The notes beneath the pieces were generated by a model that was not told the DNA's origin, searched no databases, and was given only the letters and a program-made list of their open reading frames with translations. This document shows, piece after piece, positions 1-3,621 of a stretch of 3,621 bases of DNA. The first letter of the stretch is position 1. Every line of letters starts with the position of its first letter. The DNA comes from a virus (taxonomy: Duplodnaviria > Heunggongvirae > Uroviricota > Caudoviricetes), in IMG/VR virus record IMGVR_UViG_2675903595_000013; one strand, given 5' to 3'. Both the position numbers and the translations under genes were made by a program.

Positions 1-32
1 CCAATGACTAGTCTAAAAACTAGTATTAAGAC

Positions 33-52
33 TATCACTTATTTAAGTGATA
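33..52. repeat. Perfect 20-bp palindrome TATCACTTA-tt-TAAGTGATA (9-bp arms, 2-bp spacer) in an AT-rich intergenic region; candidate operator, function unknown
   Basis: Read directly: 33-41 tatcactta is the reverse complement of 44-52 taagtgata. Nearby dyads include gactagtc (6-13), actagt (20-25) and gggata-N10-tatccc (~133-154). Confidence 0.5.
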
Positions 53-213
53 CTGGTTGTCTGGAGATTCAGGGGGCCAGTCTAACGATACAGCGCATGA
101 TGTGTCAGGCTTGAATACCTTTATCCTTTAAAAGGGATATCAGTTAAGTTATCCCGTGTAGGGTATAAGCCATTATCAAAGCCACTCTGTAGGGAATGGC
201 TTTTGTGATGGCA

Positions 214-285
214 TCACTTACTCTTTACGCTGCTATCCCACTCATCCCGGAATTTTGATGGGTTATTGAAACCTTCTGCTGACAT
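214..285 (-). CDS. Hypothetical small ORF (23 aa, MSAEGFNNPSKFRDEWDSSVKSK) with strong Shine-Dalgarno
   Basis: ATG at 285-283 (minus) is preceded by AAGGAG (plus 291-296 ctcctt) at ~7 nt spacing; stop TGA at 216-214. The frame stays open upstream to an ATG at 378-376 (54 aa), but that start has no good RBS. No family recognised, and it is too short for composition to be informative. Confidence 0.2.
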   Translation of the reverse strand: MSAEGFNNPSKFRDEWDSSVKSK

Positions 286-509
286 AACAACTCCTTCAAT
301 GTTTGGCTGAAATTGGGATGTCTTTCCATCAGTCCGCCACCACAAAGAATCTTTTTTGCCATAAGGCAGGAGGTTCATCTTTCAGTGGCTGCCGGTGTTA
401 TTTCCCCACTTACTGGCTTGGGTTGTTTCGTGGTACTGCCGTTAACTGGTGGCCCAGAATAAATTCCGGTTTCATTATCAAGCCCACCCGTAAATGGGCT
501 TTGTAATGG

Positions 510-767
510 CTACTTCGCTTTTGCTTCCGCTCGCTTACGCCGGCGCTCTTCTTTCCTCTCGGCTTTTGCCATGTCCATGAATGCCTGCATGATCGAGTTC
601 CGCATCATGTAGCTAACAAAGTGATGATTGACACAGCCGTTGAGGCGCAGCTGCTCGCCAAACTCATCCACCGAGGCCAATGCTTCCATCATGCCCTTCT
701 CGCCTTTCATGAACTCTGAGAAGTCGCGCCCCGCTCTGGAGGCGCATTCAATAACATGATCACTCAT
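510..767 (-). CDS. Hypothetical small protein (85 aa) with a highly basic Lys/Arg/Glu-rich C-terminal tail, translationally coupled to the upstream KilA-N gene
   Basis: ATG at 767-765 overlaps the stop of the KilA-N ORF (766-764) in an ATGA arrangement. The protein ends AKAERKEERRRKRAEAKAK. No family recognised from memory. Could be a separate gene or the C-terminal part of a longer ancestral KilA-N/antirepressor gene split by a frameshift. Confidence 0.5.
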   Translation of the reverse strand: MSDHVIECASRAGRDFSEFMKGEKGMMEALASVDEFGEQLRLNGCVNHHFVSYMMRNSIMQAFMDMAKAERKEERRRKRAEAKAK

Positions 768-1261
768 CCCGGAAGCCCGGGGATCGTAATCTGCAGCTGG
801 TTAGCCAGGGAGTTAATCTCAGCGACCAACACTGGCTTCGTATAGCGCCATGCTGCCAGCCCTTGTCCGCAGAAGCTCGCCATATCTTTCTTCTGGTCAA
901 ATTCATGACATTTCATGTTGAGCTGCGCACTTAAGCTGTTGCGATGCTGAAGTTCTCCGGTGAAGTAGTCATCGAGGACTTTATAGGCCGCGTACTTGAA
1001 CCCGGGGTTTAACCAAGCCGCATAATCGTAAGCAACAAACTTCCCGCCATATGTTCCACCGTGTACACCGCGCTCAGTAAAAACCACAGATTCGTGGTTT
1101 TTCTCCAGCTCGGCTAAGAACTCTTTGGTCTGCTTGTTTCGCAGGTAGTGGTAAGGCGATTCAGATTCACTTTTACCACTGGCTTTCCACATATCAGTGA
1201 GGCAGATCATGCCATCTTCACCGATACGAATTGGTTGATTGAAGAGGGTTAATGATTTCAT
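764..1261 (-). CDS. KilA-N domain DNA-binding protein (165 aa), phage-associated
   Basis: The translation carries the characteristic KilA-N (PF04383-like) signature: ...ICLTDMWKASGK..., YLRNKQTKEFLAELEK, GGTYGGKFVAYDYAAWLNPGFKYAAYKVL. ATG at 1261-1259. Lies immediately downstream of the lysis cassette on the same strand. Confidence 0.75.
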   Translation of the reverse strand: MKSLTLFNQPIRIGEDGMICLTDMWKASGKSESESPYHYLRNKQTKEFLAELEKNHESVVFTERGVHGGTYGGKFVAYDYAAWLNPGFKYAAYKVLDDYFTGELQHRNSLSAQLNMKCHEFDQKKDMASFCGQGLAAWRYTKPVLVAEINSLANQLQITIPGLPG

Positions 1262-1376
1262 AGCGTGTACCTACTCTTTGAAATGAACCTTTGCCGCACA
1301 GGAAACCAGCCCACCGAGGCTCGCCAGCACTAACTGGTATCCTCAAAGGCCCATTCCAAAGGGGCAGGTTCGGTGT

Positions 1377-1403
1377 AAAAAACATGCGTTGCGGTACGCA
1401 TTT
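1377..1403 (-). terminator. Candidate rho-independent terminator downstream of Rz/Rz1
   Basis: Plus 1384-1389 atgcgt pairs with 1396-1401 acgcat (6-bp stem, 6-nt loop). On the minus-strand RNA the hairpin is followed by G + UUUUUU (plus 1377-1382 aaaaaa). Sits ~60 nt after the Rz stop. The stem is only moderately GC-rich. Confidence 0.35.
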
Positions 1404-1462
1404 ATTGCAAAAAGCCCCGCATCGCGAGGCTCATTAAATGGACTTTGTGATTTGCAAAAAAA

Positions 1463-1921
1463 TTATTTCAGGCATTGCGTCCTGATGTATTCCTGCAGGT
1501 AGTTAACCTGCGCGGTTATCTTGTCGATTCCACTTCGGAGACGGTAATAATTGAGTTCAGCATCTGCTGTAAGTCCTGGGCTTTCTCCATCGCCCATGCC
1601 GCTGGCTCCGGTCGTTGACTTTGCACAGGTGGCGGCGACTTGCAGGCGCTTACGCCCAGCAGAAACATCAGCACGGAGACTTTCGATAGTCGCGTTAGCA
1701 TCAGCAAGCTCCTTTATGTATCTTGCGTCGAGTTCTGCTACATCACGTTGACGCTTCCGCATGTCAGCGATGGTGGCGTTCGCCTTCTCCAGTTCACTGG
1801 CCTTGTTATCGCGCTGCTCTTTGTAGGCGATTGCGTTATCACGGTAATGATTAACAGCCAATGACAGGCAGACGATGATGCAGATAACCAGAGCGGAGAT
1901 AATCGCGGTTACTCTGCTCAT
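1463..1921 (-). CDS. Rz: Rz i-spanin (inner-membrane spanin subunit), 152 aa from the ATG at 1921
   Basis: Translation [31 protein letters not shown]... closely resembles lambda Rz, with an N-terminal TMD and a coiled-coil periplasmic domain. The six-frame ORF starts at a GTG (1933), but the ATG at 1921-1919 has a GGGGGAA Shine-Dalgarno and overlaps the endolysin stop (ATGA at 1921-1918). Confidence 0.85.
   Translation of the reverse strand: MSRVTAIISALVICIIVCLSLAVNHYRDNAIAYKEQRDNKASELEKANATIADMRKRQRDVAELDARYIKELADANATIESLRADVSAGRKRLQVAATCAKSTTGASGMGDGESPGLTADAELNYYRLRSGIDKITAQVNYLQEYIRTQCLK
1516..1701 (-). CDS. Rz1: Rz1 o-spanin (outer-membrane lipoprotein spanin subunit), embedded in the +1 frame of Rz
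   Basis: Translation (M)[35 protein letters not shown]... has a signal peptide with a lipobox-like VSAC followed by a proline-rich segment, typical of Rz1. It lies wholly inside Rz. The ATG at 1701-1699 is preceded by AAGGAG at 7 nt; the six-frame ORF starts two codons earlier at a TTG (1707). Confidence 0.7.
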   Translation of the reverse strand: MLTRLSKVSVLMFLLGVSACKSPPPVQSQRPEPAAWAMEKAQDLQQMLNSIITVSEVESTR

Positions 1922-2415
1922 TGTTTCCCCCACAAACAGACTTCACGCTCAATCTCACGGCGAGTCATCAGTCCTTTCCATTGATTACCGCCAGCGTATG
2001 TCCAGCGCCGTAGCTGATCACATGCGCCTTTAATATCACCCTGGTTTATTTTGCGAAGAAGCGTCGATGTTCTGAAATTGCCAGCACCCACGTTGTAGAC
2101 GAACGAGTAAAGAGCGCAGCGCGTTGTTTCCGGTATATCGACTTTGATGTACGGGTTAATTTGTCTGGCGACAGTGGCAAGGTCTTTATTCAGGAGGGCT
2201 TTGCACTCTGCTTCGGTATACGTTTTACCGGGAATGATGTCTTTTCCTGTATGCCCGTAACATACAGTCCATACACCAACTATGTCTTTGTAAGGATTAT
2301 GTCTCACACCTTCCAGACCATCGTTACCACCTGGGCCAGTGATTAACACAGATGCTATAGCAATAGCCCCGCCACCAATAGCAGCAGCAACAGCTTTTCG
2401 TAATGATGGAGGCAT
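1918..2415 (-). CDS. R: SAR endolysin (signal-arrest-release lysozyme, phage 21 R21-like), 165 aa
   Basis: N-terminal Gly/Ala-rich weakly hydrophobic segment ([20 protein letters not shown]) typical of a SAR domain. T4-lysozyme-type catalytic spacing E35-x8-D44-x5-T50 ([18 protein letters not shown]). Start ATG overlaps the holin stop (TAATG at 2417-2413). Length matches the R21 family. Confidence 0.9.
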   Translation of the reverse strand: MPPSLRKAVAAAIGGGAIAIASVLITGPGGNDGLEGVRHNPYKDIVGVWTVCYGHTGKDIIPGKTYTEAECKALLNKDLATVARQINPYIKVDIPETTRCALYSFVYNVGAGNFRTSTLLRKINQGDIKGACDQLRRWTYAGGNQWKGLMTRREIEREVCLWGKQ

Positions 2416-2630
2416 TATCCACCTCTCGCAGCCTTGCGCTTATCTTCTTTAATCTTGAAATAAAGGTTTGTCAGGTACGTCAGCAGGCCAAATACCAGGC
2501 TACCCAGCACTCCAATTGCCGCCCACTGTGAGGGCGTGACTTTATCTAGCAGCTGTAAAAACCAGTACCCGGCACTACCTGCTGAGGTGCCATAGGCGAC
2601 ACCCGTTGTTAACTTATCCATGGATTTCAT
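2415..2630 (-). CDS. S: Pinholin (phage 21 S21-like class II holin) with a dual-start motif, 71 aa
   Basis: Translation [71 protein letters not shown] has two TMDs, a charged C-terminus, and the Met1-Lys-Ser-Met4 dual start (antiholin/holin) characteristic of S21. A GAGGTGGGG Shine-Dalgarno lies upstream. Confidence 0.9.
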
Positions 2631-2741
2631 AACCCCACCTCGCAGACAAAGCGGGTGTAAATTGAGGGAATACTACGAAACGTAACAGACTCGGAGTCAG
2701 TGAATAACTCAGGTATTGGGTTATCAGCTAATATCGAGACT

Positions 2742-2772
2742 CAAAAAATGGAAAAACCCGCTCGACGGCGGG
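2742..2772 (-). terminator. Intrinsic terminator hairpin upstream of the holin gene, candidate tR'-like late-leader terminator (possibly bidirectional)
   Basis: Plus 2757-2761 cccgc pairs with 2768-2772 gcggg (5 GC pairs, 6-nt loop). On the minus strand the hairpin is followed by UUUUUCCAUUUUUU (plus 2742-2756). Plus 2752-2756 is an A-run and 2773-2775 is ttt. It sits ~110 nt upstream of the holin start, analogous to lambda tR' preceding S. Confidence 0.45.
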
Positions 2773-2820
2773 TTTAAGCTGTGTGACGAAGTAACCACTC
2801 TTAACAGCATAACCAATTTT

Positions 2821-3051
2821 GGTGATGCTGCCAACTTACTGATTTAGTGTATGATGGTGTTTTTGAGGTGCTCCAGTGGCTTCTGTTTCTATCAGCTGTC
2901 CCTCCTGTTCAGCTACTGACGGGGTGGTGCGTAACGGCAAAAGCACTGCCGGACATCAGCGCTATCTCTGCTCTCACTGCCGTAAAACATGGCAACTGCA
3001 GTTCACTTACACCGCTTCTCAACCCGGTACGCACCAGAAAATCATTGATAT
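2821..3051 (+). mobile_element. Truncated IS1 copy: left inverted repeat plus the first 231 bp only
   Basis: 2821-3051 is identical, base for base, to 3291-3521 of the downstream IS1. It begins with the IS1 left IR GGTGATGCTGCCAACTTACTGAT. Identity ends at 3052, where the IS21-family fragment begins. Confidence 0.85.
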
Positions 3052-3079
3052 TGTCAGCGCCAGTGATATAAGACGGTAA
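2876..3079 (+). pseudogene. insA: Truncated insA: first 58 codons (zinc-finger region) fused to 9 foreign codons, lacking the C-terminal HTH
   Basis: Translation is identical to InsA through ...THQKIID, then IVSASDIRR and a stop encoded by the adjoining IS21-like sequence. The CxxC...CxxC motif is retained; the HTH region ([22 protein letters not shown]) is absent. Confidence 0.7.
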
Positions 3080-3257
3080 TTCGCCATTTGGATTGTCCGC
3101 TCCACCCAACATGTTGTTTCCTTAAGGTTCTCACACCAGAAAGGACATCAACATGCTGAGCAGAGAGGACTTTTACATGATAAAGCAAATGCACCAGCAG
3201 GGCGCGTACATCGTCGATATTGCGACTCAGATTGGTTGCTCTGAACGGACGGTCAGA
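3052..3257 (+). mobile_element. IS21-family (IS21/IS100-like) left-end fragment: terminal sequence plus the 5' end of istA
   Basis: Begins TGTCAGCGCCAGTGATATAAGACGG..., which is IS21-family terminus-like. It contains an ORF start at 3153 whose translation MLSREDFYMIKQMHQQGAYIVDIATQIGCSERTVRR matches my recollection of the IstA N-terminus (HTH region) of IS21/IS100. The fragment is cut off after ~35 codons. Confidence 0.5.
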
Positions 3258-3317
3258 CGCTTCTCAACCCGGTACGCACCAGAAAATCAAGGTGATGCTG
3301 CCAACTTACTGATTTAG
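3153..3317 (+). pseudogene. istA: Truncated istA 5' fragment (N-terminal HTH, ~35 codons) reading through into IS1 sequence; chimeric 54-codon ORF
   Basis: ATG at 3153. After ...SERTVRR the frame continues into IS1-derived sequence ([18 protein letters not shown]) and stops at TAG 3315-3317 inside the IS1 left IR. Confidence 0.45.
3258..3289 (+). repeat. 32-bp direct duplicate of internal IS1 sequence (cgcttctcaacccggtacgcaccagaaaatca) between the IS21 fragment and the second IS1
   Basis: Identical to 3013-3044 in the first IS1 fragment and to 3483-3514 in the second copy. Followed by a single a (3290), then the IS1 left IR. Confidence 0.85.
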
Positions 3318-3345
3318 TGTATGATGGTGTTTTTGAGGTGCTCCA

Positions 3346-3621
3346 GTGGCTTCTGTTTCTATCAGCTGTCCCTCCTGTTCAGCTACTGACGGGGTGGTGC
3401 GTAACGGCAAAAGCACTGCCGGACATCAGCGCTATCTCTGCTCTCACTGCCGTAAAACATGGCAACTGCAGTTCACTTACACCGCTTCTCAACCCGGTAC
3501 GCACCAGAAAATCATTGATATGGCCATGAATGGCGTTGGATGCCGGGCAACTGCACGCATTATGGGCGTTGGCCTCAACACGATTTTACGTCACTTAAAA
3601 AACTCAGGCCGCAGTCGGTAA
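3346..3621 (+). CDS. insA: IS1 InsA (transposition inhibitor / N-terminal part of the InsAB' transposase), 91 aa
   Basis: Translation [91 protein letters not shown] matches IS1 InsA, with a zinc-finger and an HTH. GTG start at 3346; TAA stop at 3619-3621. Confidence 0.95.
3597..3603 (+). promoter_or_regulatory. IS1 A6C (AAAAAAC) programmed -1 ribosomal frameshift site for InsAB' transposase production
   Basis: The motif a-aaa-aac lies at insA codons 84-86 (L-K-N), the position where IS1 is known to frameshift into insB'. The insB' frame itself extends beyond the window. Confidence 0.7.

Larger units (their letters stand above)
3291..3621 (+). mobile_element. IS1 (left IR, insA, start of the insB' overlap region); the element continues beyond the window end
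   Basis: Left IR GGTGATGCTGCCAACTTACTGAT at 3291-3313, a complete insA, and the A6C frameshift motif. The sequence matches canonical IS1 as I recall it. Confidence 0.95.

Noticed and set aside
181-207. Weak plus-strand hairpin gcca-N12-tggc followed by tttt
   Set aside because: The stem is only ~4 bp with a large loop, and there is no upstream plus-strand gene to terminate, so it is not reported as a terminator.
303-506. Plus-strand 67-aa ORF (MAEIGMSFHQ...)
   Set aside because: It starts at a TTG with no convincing RBS, has odd composition (Trp/Cys/Phe-rich), and matches no family I recognise. It is also antisense to minus-strand small ORFs, so it is most likely a chance ORF in intergenic DNA.
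1551-1864. Plus-strand ORFs 1551-1751 (66 aa) and 1640-1864 (74 aa)
   Set aside because: Both lie entirely antisense to the well-supported Rz/Rz1 genes and have low-complexity Ser/Ala-rich or unremarkable translations, so they are treated as shadow ORFs.
1922-1933. Four-codon N-terminal extension of Rz from the GTG at 1933
   Set aside because: The ATG at 1921 has a properly spaced G-rich Shine-Dalgarno, overlaps the endolysin stop in an ATGA, and gives an N-terminus (MSRVTAII...) matching lambda Rz.
2161-2346. Plus-strand 61-aa ORF antisense to the endolysin
   Set aside because: It sits inside the strongly supported SAR endolysin gene on the opposite strand, with no RBS or family signal.
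1463-2630. Assigning the E. coli K-12 DLP12 names essD/rrrD/rzpD/rzoD
   Set aside because: The proteins are of the same family, but the flanks differ from what I recall of DLP12: there is no bor-like gene downstream, and IS1 rather than an IS5-disrupted porin gene lies upstream. Generic S/R/Rz/Rz1 labels are used instead.
2847-3112. Alternative-frame ORFs inside the left IS1 fragment (2847-3071 plus, 2909-3112 minus)
   Set aside because: They overlap the genuine insA frame, whose translation matches InsA exactly. They are out-of-frame or antisense artefacts of the IS1 sequence.
2821-3521. Possible CRISPR-like or tandem repeat array suggested by the 231-bp direct repeat
   Set aside because: The repeats are two copies of the IS1 left end separated by IS21-like sequence, not short regularly spaced repeats with unique spacers; no CRISPR array is present.
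3317-3529. Plus-strand 70-aa ORF in the right IS1 copy ([10 protein letters not shown]...)
   Set aside because: It is a duplicate of the spurious frame in the left copy and overlaps the authentic insA.

Overview
This window holds a complete lambdoid (phage 21-type) prophage lysis cassette on the minus strand, followed by a two-gene KilA-N module, and bounded on the right by a mosaic of insertion sequences. The lysis genes are pinholin, SAR endolysin and the Rz/Rz1 spanins (2630 down to 1463), with tightly overlapping start/stop codons. Downstream on the same strand, after a terminator-like hairpin, sit a KilA-N domain gene and a coupled 85-aa basic ORF (1261 down to 510). The leftmost ~500 bp is AT-rich, has no long ORF, and carries a perfect 20-bp palindrome. 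On the right, a truncated IS1 left end (2821-3051) joins an IS21-family left-end fragment (3052-3257), then a 32-bp duplicate of IS1 internal sequence, then a second IS1 (3291 to the window edge) with an intact insA. The IS1 insertion lies only ~190 bp upstream of the holin start, so the lysis cassette has probably been cut off from its late promoter. I found no CRISPR array, tRNA or rRNA. Nothing here is a clearly novel system; the most unusual items are the IS1/IS21/IS1 chimeric junction and the unassigned KilA-N two-gene module. All family assignments are from recalled sequence similarity, not from a database search.
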